Notes under the pieces: generated by a model
Databases searched by the model: none
What the model saw: the letters and a program-made list of their open reading frames with translations, nothing else
Told to the model about the DNA's origin: nothing
Position numbers and translations under genes: made by a program
Shown here: positions 47,832 to 59,024 of the stretch, in pieces
Numbering within the stretch: the stretch's first letter is position 1
Layout: each line of letters opens with the position of its first letter
Source of the DNA: Hamiltosporidium tvaerminnensis FI-OER-3-3
Lineage: Eukaryota; Fungi; Microsporidia
Direction: 5' to 3'
Length of the DNA stretch: 64,000 bases
Assembly: GCA_022605425.2 (NCBI GenBank)
Contig: JAKIMF020000001.1
Location: forward strand, 1,364,001 to 1,428,000

Positions 47832-48986
47832 AATTGAATAAGTGTGTAAATTCATACTTCATTTGTAAATAATTTTTTTCAAAATAAACCTAAGCTTGAG
47901 AATTTTAATGATTTTTCACTGTATCTGAAACTATCTCATTGAACCAAATAAAAATATCTTAAGTAAAATGTTTTTGGATCCTAGAATACACGTGTATTTA
48001 TTTGCATCAGATAATTAATTTAACTGATGTCTTCATAAATAACTGCTACATATTCATAAAAAAAATGAATGATCTCTTCTGAAGCTGTTTATGAATCAGT
48101 AAAATAGTCCCAATATTAAATTCTTAAAATTAATCACAGCGTTTAACGCTTTCTAAGAAAAATTAATATATAAAATCTCTTCTGTATAGAAACAGAATTG
48201 AAAATAAAATAATTAAAAAATGCTAAAAATGAATGCTCAAATCAAATTTATTTAATTGAATGATAGTTTAGTATAAAATATTTTTATATCTTATAGATTG
48301 CTTATAGCCTAAAATAATTTTTTACAAATAGGCTTCTAATTTTTTCATGATTTCGATTTATTAGAATGTGATTAAGTACAATATTTTTTTCTATAAAACA
48401 TATTTCTGATTGAAAAATTTACAAAGGAAATTTTATAAGATTCTTAGATTCGTATGAATGCTTAAAAATTAGATTTAATCATTGATTCATTTATAAATCA
48501 TTAAGAATACGAATTTTCGATGTAAAAATTTGTATGAAAAAGTAAATTGATTCAAAGAATATATACTGTTCTGGTTAACCATATATTAAATGAAAGTGAA
48601 AACAACATTCAAATTTAGTATTTTTATTTAAGAAAGAAAATATAAAAATCACTTAAAAAGCAATTAAAATCATATTTTCTTTTTTTTACTAAAATTAACG
48701 AAATCAACTTCTGAATATTTTATAACGAACATAATATGATAGTTAGTTTTATAATAAGCAGTTTATTAAAACTTATATAAAATTTAATTTCTGAAAAAAT
48801 GCGGATTTATAAAAATATTTTATGTTAAAACCGATATAATTTAATTTAGAAAAAATAAAAACTGTTTTTTCAGTTTTCACACAAATCTGCACAAAAAAAT
48901 GGCAAAACCAATTTTTAAATTTAACAAACTATTCTTTCAATTTATTCACTAAAATTAATTAAAATTATTATATCATTGTAGCTGTG

Positions 48987-50984
48987 CTATCCAAACAAAT
49001 TCTTAAACCTCTGCCACAATGAAATACTTTCGCTTCTTAATTCGTTTTGTTGTTGCTCTATTTCTTCCAATATGGCTTCAAATTCTTCTTCTTCCATTTC
49101 ATCATGCAGTTTCATACGTTCTTCTTCTTCCAGCAGTTGCCTTTCAAGTTCCTCTAATTTATTTTCGAATTCCTTTTGATCTCTTTTTTCTTTTCGTTTT
49201 ATCCTTGCTTTCTCTAAATGCTCTTGCCTTTCCAGTTCTTCTATTTTCTTTAAAAATTCATTTTTATCTCTTTTTTCTTTTTGTTTTTCTCGTGTTTTAC
49301 CTTCTTTCTCGTGTCTTTTCAGTTCTTCTATTTTCTCTAGAAATTCTTTTTGATTTCTTTTTTCCGCTTGTTTTTCTCGTGCTATGTCCTCTTTCTCTTG
49401 TCTTTTCAGTTCTTCTATTTTCTCTAGAAATTCTTTTTGATTTCTTTTTTCCGATTGTTTTTCTCGTGTTTTGTCCTCTTTCTCTTGTCTTATCAGTTCT
49501 TCATTTCTTCTTTGAAACTCTTTTTGATTTCTTTTTTCCTCTTGTTTTTCTCGTGCTTTATCCTTTTTCTCTTGTCTTTCAAGTTCTTCTATTCTTCTTT
49601 GAAACTCTTTTTGATTTCTTTTTTCCTCTTGTTTTTCTCGTGCTTTATCCTTTTTCTCTTGTCTTTCAAGTTCTTCTATTCTTCTTTGAAATTCTTTTTG
49701 ATCTATTTCTGCTTTGTGCTTTTCAAGTTCGTCATATTTTTTCTTTTGATTTTTAAGTGCATCTAGTTTCCGTTGAAATTCTTTTTGCTCTGTCTCCATT
49801 TCTTGTTGTATTTGATGCTCTTTCATCATTTCTTGGTCTTGCTCTCTAACAACATTTTTTACAAGCGTATGTACTGGCTTTTGACTTGCATCATACTTAG
49901 CTTGCTCCAATTTATTTTTAAATTCATTTTTTCGTTTTTGAGTCACTTTTTTTAGGCAATCCTGCTTTTTTTCTTGTTGAATCGGAAGGTTATTAATTTT
50001 TTGCTCGATTTTGGTTGCATATATCTGTTCATTACTTTCTTGTTTCTCTTGCTGTTTCAGTTGCTTTTCTTCGGTGATTTGTTTCTGGCTTCTTCGTTTC
50101 TGTTGAAATTTAAGTTTTAGTGATTCCATAAGCTTTTTTTGCAGACTTTGTCTTTGTATTTTTTGTAGATTCTGTCTATTTATTTGACTTTGTTTTTCTT
50201 GGTCTAGCTTTTCTTGTTTACTTAATACTATAGTTTCTTTTAAACCCAGTCGCTGCTCTTGATTTTCTTGTCCTCTTGAATTCTGTAGTTCTTGTGTTTT
50301 CTTTTGATTTTCATGGCTATATTTTCTTTGGTTGTTTTTATGTTCTTGTGTAGCTATTTGTCTTTTAATATCTATTCTTTTGTTTTGTGTATCTTTTTTT
50401 GGCTGTTCGTTTTGCGCTGCTCTCGAAAGCCTATGATTAATTTGATTTTTAATGAATTTTCTTATTGGAACTTGCTTTTGCTCATTTTGGTTTGAATTTT
50501 CAATATATGAATTTTCTTTGGTAATGTATTTTTGGGTTTTTGTTGGTTTTCTTTGATTTTCACAGAATTCATTCTTCATTTTTCCGTTAATATTTCTATT
50601 GAACTCTCCAGTCTGCCTTTTTATCGGAGAAACATGTCTCGAGTTTCTTTTCAGTTCTTCTGTATGATTTTCTTTTTTTCTTTTTGGCTGATTGATCGAT
50701 ATATTTGACGATGTTCCTTTTTTTTCTGCCTTCAAAACATGATGAGGTTCTTTATCAGCGATATTTTCATTTTTTCTAACACATTTTTCGTCTTTAAATG
50801 CATGTAAAGAAGATCTTGTAGAAGGCTCCTCACTGTAGTGCTTATTTACTTTTATGTCAACATTCTTTTCACTATGATTTTCATTTTTTCTAAAGCAAAA
50901 ATAGCCTATTATACCTAAGGATAATATCCCAAGTCCTATTGATAGAAAAAGTATACTCCTTTTGTATTTTTCATAAAATTCCAT
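48987..50984 (-). CDS. Membrane-anchored Q/E/K/R-rich protein with 29-aa charged helical repeats, function unknown
   Basis: 665 aa. N-terminal TM segment SILFLSIGLGILSLGIIGYFCF; repeats QKEFQRRIEELERQEKKDKAREKQEEKRN; CCC directly before the ATG. Confidence 0.85.
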   Translation of the reverse strand: MEFYEKYKRSILFLSIGLGILSLGIIGYFCFRKNENHSEKNVDIKVNKHYSEEPSTRSSLHAFKDEKCVRKNENIADKEPHHVLKAEKKGTSSNISINQPKRKKENHTEELKRNSRHVSPIKRQTGEFNRNINGKMKNEFCENQRKPTKTQKYITKENSYIENSNQNEQKQVPIRKFIKNQINHRLSRAAQNEQPKKDTQNKRIDIKRQIATQEHKNNQRKYSHENQKKTQELQNSRGQENQEQRLGLKETIVLSKQEKLDQEKQSQINRQNLQKIQRQSLQKKLMESLKLKFQQKRRSQKQITEEKQLKQQEKQESNEQIYATKIEQKINNLPIQQEKKQDCLKKVTQKRKNEFKNKLEQAKYDASQKPVHTLVKNVVREQDQEMMKEHQIQQEMETEQKEFQRKLDALKNQKKKYDELEKHKAEIDQKEFQRRIEELERQEKKDKAREKQEEKRNQKEFQRRIEELERQEKKDKAREKQEEKRNQKEFQRRNEELIRQEKEDKTREKQSEKRNQKEFLEKIEELKRQEKEDIAREKQAEKRNQKEFLEKIEELKRHEKEGKTREKQKEKRDKNEFLKKIEELERQEHLEKARIKRKEKRDQKEFENKLEELERQLLEEEERMKLHDEMEEEEFEAILEEIEQQQNELRSESISLWQRFKNLFG

Positions 50985-51799
50985 GGGTTTTTACGATTTC
51001 GTGACTTAAATAGTCTTACAATTCGTTTTAATCACGAAATTATATTTTAATCATTAAAATTTCCGAAAAAGGAATTTTTTTTAGAAACAGATTTAGAAAT
51101 TTAAATCTGTTTTTTATAATGTTTTTTTTTAAAAGTTGTTATTTTTTGCTTTAAAATATAAATGATTGCATTATCAATATCTTTAAATGATAAAAATATT
51201 TCTAATCTGTGAATTATCTTTGAAAATCTCTATCAGTCTTAAATATCAAAATTATAAGATAATAAAATAGCTCAACACTTAGCTTACATACTTAATGAAT
51301 ATGCAGTCTTCTTATTTTTTTATATGTAAAGCAAAATGAAGCAAATAGCAAACTATTTATACGGTTTATGATTAAAAAACACATATAATATAGCGTCATA
51401 TGATGATTCTATAGCTAAAAAATTATTGAATTTTTCATAAAAATTTGCAATTATATGAGTAAAAATAAGCGTATTTGCACGTTTTTTATTGTTTCATTAG
51501 TCTAATTTCCTGCTTTGAACTTTATGAAATCCATTCAAATAAAGAATCGTTGATTTTTTTAATATTTTTATTCATATATCGTTTAAATCGTTTAAATTAA
51601 TTCCAGAATCTATTATTATTTTCCTAATGATGAATTTCATTATTTTTTTCAAATCTGTTTGATTTCATGGCAGTAATATATTGTCTTTGTATTACTTTGC
51701 AACTCATTTCCTTATATTCTTTGGATTTATTTACTATCTTTAACTCAAAAATAGACGCTTTTCAATATTTGTTTGTTGTGACTATCTTTTAAAATTCGT

Positions 51800-52420
51800 T
51801 TTTACGACTTTCAGTATATTTTGTGATATTTAGTAAAATACAAATTTGCTTCTATTTTTCGCATAGGAAATAAATCGAAACTAGAATCTCAATAAACGTA
51901 AATGAATTGCTCTTAGGCCATTCTTCTTATGTTTTCGGCTTGAAAACATAAATTAAATAGTCATGGAATAGATAAATGATATTATACAAATGATTTTTTA
52001 GTTCGTTCTACTACAAGAATAAAACATGTATCATACATGGTTCGTGATTTTGTCTATTGATTTTGTTGAATGTGTAGTTTTTAGATGATTCATTTGAAAA
52101 TTCGAATTACCAGCATAATATTGATTTCATATTACAAACGATGAATTGTTTACAAACCAGAGAACAATAAAAAAATATTATAATGGTAAATTTTATATCC
52201 AAAGAACTGTATAAAATCTATTATTACATATATAGACTCGAATTAAATTCATTTCTACTCATATTTCCGAATAATCCTTTTGAGAATTTCTTCGGGACAA
52301 TATTTCTATTAATAAACGTTTGTATAGAAAAAGTAGATTCCGATATCAATCTACTTCTCTCTGGCATCCTGTATAGTCCTATTGTGCATATTTACACATA
52401 AACTTACAATAAATAAATTT
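51800..52420 (-). pseudogene. Possible decayed piggyBac-like transposase remnant
   Basis: Minus-strand fragments IGLYRMPE...GNMSRNEF (cf. MGL..MP...MSRNRF), SID and NLYF appear in the expected order; heavily broken. Confidence 0.3.
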
Positions 52421-52677
52421 TAGATCTGTTAAAAATATAAACGCTGATATTCGGATTTATATAATATACATATAGCATTTATATAAAAAATAAGACCTAG
52501 TTTTAATATATTATAATTTCCTAATCTTTCGCATTTAAATTAAATATTCAAACAAATTAATTTATTATTTTTTGTTTTATATAATTGTGCATTCAAAAAA
52601 AATATTATAGTAAATAAATTTTAATTTAATTAATATATTTCTTGTTTTAGAAAAAAGTCATAAAAAATAACTAAAAA

Positions 52678-53739
52678 TTATCTTTTACTGAGAACATAAA
52701 GACACGAAGCTACAAATCCTTCAAGATGAAATATTGATTTAGAGCCCAACACCAACCTCTCGTTATATAAAGCAGCAGAATCACAAATATTAAAATATTC
52801 TTCTTTATTCACAAAAGATAGTATTTCAATTAACAATTTAATAATTATATATTTTGGAGGTATACACGAATTAAGAACATCATACAATTCAGTTCTGATC
52901 TTAATAAGCGTAGATGCATTTTGTTCCCGTTTCATAGTCAAAGCAATATTCTTAATAGATTTTTCCCATTCCAAATCTAGAGTTGGATTTACAGATTTTT
53001 GTCTTTTATTTCCACTTTTATCATTTAAACTCATGGAATAACATTCTATTAGAGATATTGCCATACGCATATTTCCTCTGCTTTTCCCAACAACTTCATC
53101 GATAATTTCGTTGTCAATATAAACATCTTCTTTATTTAAAATAAATTCCAATCTTGTTTTTATATATTCGTTAGAAAAACCAGGAATTCTAAAAGTAAGA
53201 CATCTACTTCTCAAAGGTTCAATGATGTTTAGTAGTTCGTTACACATTAAAACTATTCTAAAATTTACTGAATATGTCTCAACAGTTCTTCTTAATGCAG
53301 CCTGTGCATCTTTAGAAAGGGATTCTGCATTTGAAATAACGATTAATTTTAAAAAATTTTCTTTTTTCTGATTTAAAAAACTTAGTATTGGTTTGGTTTG
53401 TGCCAATTGCTTTATTAAAGTCTGGATAACTAATTTATCTTGATAACCATATTCTGAAGGTGAAACTTCAATATATTCATCGGATTCTACATACGAAACA
53501 TCAATAACTTTACCAGAAGCAGTTTCTAATTGAATCTCTTTTAATCGAGGAACTGGTTTTTTCCCATATAGATGGGTAATAAGACAATGTAAAATTGTCT
53601 TTTTACCGTGTCCACAATCACCATGAATTATTAAATGCGGTAATGAATTTATTGTGTAACACTTTAAAAGGGTTCCAACCTTAGAATGCTCACCGAGCTC
53701 TTCAAATGTATCAGGTCTATATTTATCGGACCATATCAT
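52678..53739 (-). CDS. RFC5: Replication factor C small subunit (yeast Rfc5 / human RFC3 type)
   Basis: WSDKYRP, GDCGHGKKT, LSKDAQAALRRTVE, IIEPLRSRC and GSKSIFHLEGFVA motifs; CCC directly before the ATG. Confidence 0.92.
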   Translation of the reverse strand: MIWSDKYRPDTFEELGEHSKVGTLLKCYTINSLPHLIIHGDCGHGKKTILHCLITHLYGKKPVPRLKEIQLETASGKVIDVSYVESDEYIEVSPSEYGYQDKLVIQTLIKQLAQTKPILSFLNQKKENFLKLIVISNAESLSKDAQAALRRTVETYSVNFRIVLMCNELLNIIEPLRSRCLTFRIPGFSNEYIKTRLEFILNKEDVYIDNEIIDEVVGKSRGNMRMAISLIECYSMSLNDKSGNKRQKSVNPTLDLEWEKSIKNIALTMKREQNASTLIKIRTELYDVLNSCIPPKYIIIKLLIEILSFVNKEEYFNICDSAALYNERLVLGSKSIFHLEGFVASCLYVLSKR

Positions 53740-54341
53740 GGGTATTTGAAATATAAAAATTCATAAAAAACATTTAAATTTTTTTTCAAAAGGTTAGAGA
53801 ATTTAAATTTGCTTTTAAACAGTAAAGAATTTCATAAAAGGCAGTAAAAATACAGGAATTAAATAAAATTAAATTCAAAAATTTTGTTATGAAAACTTTT
53901 AATTCGACTTGAAAGAATCCAAAAATTCAGTTAGGATTTTTTTTAAAAAGTAGTAATAAACTAAAAATAAATTTTTATTTAATACTGTTTTATTTCTCTA
54001 ATCGTCATTTTTTCTTTTCCAACTTTCTCTCGTTTTATTAAACACATTTTTCAAATTAAAATTTTTCGTCTAAATTTCAATCAAGAGTTTGATTTCAGTC
54101 ATTTAATCGCATTCAAGTTCAAATTTTTGTAGTTGTTAAATTAGCATATTCATTCCTGTCAGAATATACACACAATATATTTGTTCATTACGGATATTTT
54201 ATTTTGTATAAGGATATCTTCATGTTCTTTTCTGTAACTATTAGAATGATTTTTAGTGAAATTTGTTTAAATTTTTATAAATTAATAAAGAGTTTAAGAT
54301 TAAATATATAAAGCCTTTGTTATTTATTAAATAAGAAGTAT

Positions 54342-55844
54342 TTATTGTTCTTTTCGATTATCGAAAATATATTTTTCACATTCTGTAACTTTAAGAATTT
54401 TTTTTGAAACTTCTTTTTCCATTGAAATTTTTAATTTCAAATTTACATTTTCTTCACTTTTATTTAGATGAACAAACGATTGCAATAAATTTTTATTTAT
54501 TCTTAATTTTAGATTATCACTTCTTTCAATATTAAGTCTTATTCCATTTGCCGGTTTATAAGCTGTTATTCCTAAATTTTGCAAAGTTTTTTGAATTCTT
54601 TTCATTTTAGATTTTTCTCCATGTACAAGTACTACGTTTCTAGGTTTACATTGATTAATAATTTGTAATATTCCTTTTTCATCTGCGTGTGCACTAAATC
54701 CTAAATTTTTGACTTCAATTTTTACTTCGTATATTTCATTATTGATTTTTATCTCTTTACATCCATTCAAAATTTTTTCACCAACTGTTCCTTTGACACA
54801 ATATCCTGGTATTATTATTAGATTCTTTTCATCATTACACCATTCCTTGAAAATGCTTAATGATAATCCTGAATGTAGCATACCAGGTGATGCAAATATT
54901 ACCATCGGTACATTTTTTTCTAAAAAATGCTTTTGAAAAGGTTTTATATGTTTAAAATCAAACATGTTTCTTTGGAATATTTTTTCTCTGATATTTTCAT
55001 TCGTATAATTAATAAACAGTCTGTAAATTTGATTGGCTTTTTCAGTCAACCCAGCAGAAAAATATACAGGTGTGCTGTAACCCATCTTTTCCCAATATGC
55101 ATCGACCAGGAGACACAATTCTTGTGCTCTTCCCAATGCAAATATAGGCACCAATACCTTTCCACCTCTTTTTATCGTTTCATCGATACAATTAATAAAT
55201 TCTCTTTCTTTTGCCTTTCTACATTCTCTTATGACACAGGCATATGTAGATTCTGTAATCAAAACATCTGGTTTCAAACAATCTATCCATGCCGCTCCTA
55301 AGTGTCTATCGGGTGTTGTATTATAATCGCCGGTATAAACTACGGACTCATCTTTCACTTTAACATAAAACATGGCAGCACCAAGAACATGTCCTGCATA
55401 ATACGGTACAATTTCTATTCCATCATGAACATAGGTTTCGTTCATATTTAAAGGTATAACCTTGTTCATACAATTTTTTATGTCAGAAGATGTAAAATGT
55501 TTGTTGTCATTAATTTTTGCAGTTATTTTCCTATAATCTTCTAATAAAATAGGACATATTGCTTTTGTAGGATGTGTCATAAATATAGGACCATTATAAC
55601 CCAAGACTTCTGTAAAATACGGAAGTGCCCCACAATGATCAAGATGAAAGTGTGATATGATCAGACAATCGATTGCCTTATCAAAAGAGTTTGTAGAGGA
55701 TAAATATGAAAAATCTGGAAATCTTCTAGCATCGCTATAACCCATATGCATACCACAATCAAACATTATAGTTTTATCTTCAATATAAACAATTATACAA
55801 CTACGACCAACATCCTGTCCTGCACCAAGCGGAATTATTTGCAT
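54342..55844 (-). CDS. INTS11: Integrator subunit 11 / CPSF3-like beta-CASP endonuclease
   Basis: PLGAGQDVGRSC, DCGMHMGY, RRFPDFS, SHFHLDH, YYAGHVLGAAMF, TPDRHL and FSAHAD motifs. True start is probably the ATG at 55844 (CCCTT-ATG), not the GTG at 55853. Confidence 0.88.
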   Translation of the reverse strand: MQIIPLGAGQDVGRSCIIVYIEDKTIMFDCGMHMGYSDARRFPDFSYLSSTNSFDKAIDCLIISHFHLDHCGALPYFTEVLGYNGPIFMTHPTKAICPILLEDYRKITAKINDNKHFTSSDIKNCMNKVIPLNMNETYVHDGIEIVPYYAGHVLGAAMFYVKVKDESVVYTGDYNTTPDRHLGAAWIDCLKPDVLITESTYACVIRECRKAKEREFINCIDETIKRGGKVLVPIFALGRAQELCLLVDAYWEKMGYSTPVYFSAGLTEKANQIYRLFINYTNENIREKIFQRNMFDFKHIKPFQKHFLEKNVPMVIFASPGMLHSGLSLSIFKEWCNDEKNLIIIPGYCVKGTVGEKILNGCKEIKINNEIYEVKIEVKNLGFSAHADEKGILQIINQCKPRNVVLVHGEKSKMKRIQKTLQNLGITAYKPANGIRLNIERSDNLKLRINKNLLQSFVHLNKSEENVNLKLKISMEKEVSKKILKVTECEKYIFDNRKEQ

Positions 55845-56388
55845 AAGGGCCACCTCTGTGATTATTCTATTTTACATTTTTTTATATTTATCTTGACGTT
55901 ATTTGAAAGATATATAAAAAAATTGGTTGTAATATTTTTTTAGAATTATTTTTCTTAAAATTCCAATATAATAATTTGTAAAAAGATTTAATTGCAATTC
56001 ATGGTTTTTGAATAAATATTTCAATAAATTTATTCATATTTTCATTTCGGTTTACGTTTTTAATCTTTGTGTTTCAATGTAGATTATAATTTGTTTGCAT
56101 CAAGCGAAATACTACGATCATAATCATAGTTTTAATAGCAAATGCTGGTAACTTAATTATATGTTTGTAAGTTAGAATGTAAGATCGATCTTGTATTTAC
56201 AATAAATTATTTTATATTTTAAGTTTAAATAGTCGAAAAATGATAAAAAAAATCGGAGATTTTATATATTTTTTGACTTTTTTGTTGGTTGATTAGTTGA
56301 ATTTGTTTAATAAACATTAAATATGGTAAAAATTAAATTTTTAAAGAAATTAAAACCTCTATACTGCAAAAAAATCAAGATAAATTTA

Positions 56389-57651
56389 TTAGTTACTATT
56401 CGACGATAAAAGCCGAGGTATTTTCGAAACTAAAACTTTTGGATTGCAATTTACCCTCTTTATATGTTTAAACTCAGTTAGCAATATTTTGAACAAATTT
56501 TTAAGTTCGTAATAAATATTATAGGAAACGAGTTGAACCGGTATAATTTTTTCGTTAATTTCAATTTTGAATTTTATTTTTCTTGAAGTTGGGAATCTTT
56601 GACATAAATCACAGAAATCATAATGCTCATCGGGAGGAGATACGATAATGCAACTTTTAACAAGTTTTTGATCAACGCAACAACAAAAAATTGAAAAGTT
56701 AATATTTTCTTTTTTATAATTTATTGTTTTATCGTTTTTAGTAATAAAAACACCTTCTATATTATAAATAAAATTCTCAATACTCTCAAAACAAAATAAA
56801 AAGTTGAATAAATTATCAAAAATAGGATGGAGTAACGCTCTGAGGGGCCAAGGTCTATCTATTGGCGAAAAATTTAAAAGAATACTTTCAAAATCATACC
56901 AACAATTATACAATCTGACATGTTTTTCTAAATCATCAATCTTTGGTATATAAATAATATTTTCCCTGAGCAAAATTCCTAAGCACCAAATACTAACTTT
57001 ACACTTGCAAGGATTTTTAAGATAATATTCTGGAGCACAGTAGATTTCGTAGTATTCACTAACATTACAATCATTTGAAAAATCGTGAGAGCAACCGGAA
57101 GTATTAAATTCCGAGGCTAGAACATCCACTAGCTTGATTTTTAAATCCGATGTTATCCTTATATGGTGCATTGAAAAAAATTTGTAGGCTATTCTATTTG
57201 AATATAAATAATATATTGCATCTAAAATCTGTTTAACAAAAAATATAAATCCATCGAGTTTAATTTCGTTCTTTATGCAATAAGATTCAAGTGTCTCTGG
57301 AATATATTCAAAAACACAGTATTCAACGCCATTAATCTTCGTCGAATAATATAATTTTTCAATATTTTCATGGTCTAAATTCTTAACTGTTTTAACTGTT
57401 TTTGATTCCGAATCTTCTATATAAGATTCCTTACTTATTATTACAGCTTCATTTGTATGTTTATCATATCCCAATCTCCTATAAAATGATCTGCCATAGG
57501 ATTCATAGTTATCCGTAATTATATATACTTTTACTTCGTTCCCACGAGTTATTTCCAAAGTTTTAGGGAAGTCTGTTTCAAATACAGACATCGGATTATA
57601 TTCCGGTGATAAACTAATGAATTCAATAAAACTCAATAAGAATATGATCAT
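56389..57651 (-). CDS. Protein-kinase-fold protein with signal peptide, probably a pseudokinase
   Basis: LDHENIEKL, VFEYIPETL, KQILDAIYYLY, YCAPE and IWCLG motifs. HRD is replaced by YKF and DFG by DVL. Hydrophobic N-terminus MIIFLLSFIEFISLS. Confidence 0.8.
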   Translation of the reverse strand: MIIFLLSFIEFISLSPEYNPMSVFETDFPKTLEITRGNEVKVYIITDNYESYGRSFYRRLGYDKHTNEAVIISKESYIEDSESKTVKTVKNLDHENIEKLYYSTKINGVEYCVFEYIPETLESYCIKNEIKLDGFIFFVKQILDAIYYLYSNRIAYKFFSMHHIRITSDLKIKLVDVLASEFNTSGCSHDFSNDCNVSEYYEIYCAPEYYLKNPCKCKVSIWCLGILLRENIIYIPKIDDLEKHVRLYNCWYDFESILLNFSPIDRPWPLRALLHPIFDNLFNFLFCFESIENFIYNIEGVFITKNDKTINYKKENINFSIFCCCVDQKLVKSCIIVSPPDEHYDFCDLCQRFPTSRKIKFKIEINEKIIPVQLVSYNIYYELKNLFKILLTEFKHIKRVNCNPKVLVSKIPRLLSSNSN

Positions 57652-59024
57652 GGCCTTTTTTTATAAAATTATTCAAAAATATAAAAATTTCAGGTTTAAT
57701 TTGTACTTAAATGGTTTTTGGGAAAAAAAATAGGTATTTTTTTAGATATTTTTTAATTTAACCTTTATACATATATTAAAATTTATACATTTTAAGAATA
57801 TTTTGTAATGATATAAAGGAGGAAAAATTAATTTTTTTTATATAATGAGCTGATAAGACCTATACCGTTTTACGCTCCAATTCTTTCATTTTATGTCTCT
57901 TAATACAATATTTTATATTTGATTTATATTATATCGTTCATAACTTAACTTTGTATGTTTAAGAATCATCAAATTGGATTTTATTTGAATGGGTATTGTA
58001 CCTTATATTCTTACTTTTTAGCGTTATTATACAGGCTCCCAAGTTATGATAAAAATAATCTAGCAAATGAATTTTCTGGTTTTTTATAATCAATGCTACT
58101 TTGTACTTTCTTATAGTTTTTTCTATAGGAACATTCGACTCGATGTTCTCTTTAGGCATTCTCTTCAAAATAGTCTAGGTTTATACTTCCCTAGTTACTG
58201 ATATAATACGATTCGTGTAACAAACCGCATGGTTAATTTTATAGGAAATTGTTTCAACATTTTATATAATTTAGCTTTTTTTAAAAGAATCATAATTATT
58301 CGAATTTCCATTTCCGAAAATAAAATTTTATTTTTAGGTATTTTTCGAGTAATGAGCATGATCCTCTATTTTTTTTTCAATGCGTGATATGAGGATATCT
58401 TGGCCGGAATACCAGTATTTGGTTTATAATGATGTCTACCTAAATCAACTTCACAAGTTTTACGATTTTTTAAGATATAAAATAAATTCTTTATACGGAA
58501 CCATATTTTTACTTTACCAATATATAGATATTACAAGTATGAAAATTTTGAGTTTAAGACATAAACAGGTCGACTCTTAGTAAAAAAAAATCAAGTAATT
58601 TGAACAAACCACCCTGCAAATATCAAAAACTTTTTAAATTCATCTATTAAAATTTCATTTTTAATCCTTTTATAGCAAACAAGGTTTTTTTGTGTGTTAT
58701 AATTTGATATTTATTACGTGAAGTAAATGCGCGCACCGATTCATCAAATACCTTTAGTTCTGTAACTTCCGATCTGTTTTTTTTTTTTTATCTTGTTGTA
58801 CAAAAAAAGCTAATCGCGATATTTTTTAATTTCGATGCAAACCTCTTTTATACTTGATCGAAAAAGTCATTTTCGGGTAAAGAAAGCCTCTAAATATCTT
58901 CTATCAATAAGATTTTGGTTTAATGTTGTTATTTGTTTTAATAATCTATATGTAAATTTTTTTTGCTTCAGATTTCACTCTCAAAGTAATATAATCTCTT
59001 ATGTGCAATGTTACTAAAAAAAGA

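Noticed and set aside
49019-50495. Plus-strand hydrophobic F/L-rich ORFs resembling membrane proteins
   Set aside because: Antisense shadows of the E/K/R/Q-rich repeat gene.
57840-58620. Possible Tc1/IS630-like transposase remnant and ORF 57959-58168
   Set aside because: Motif resemblance too weak and no TIRs found.
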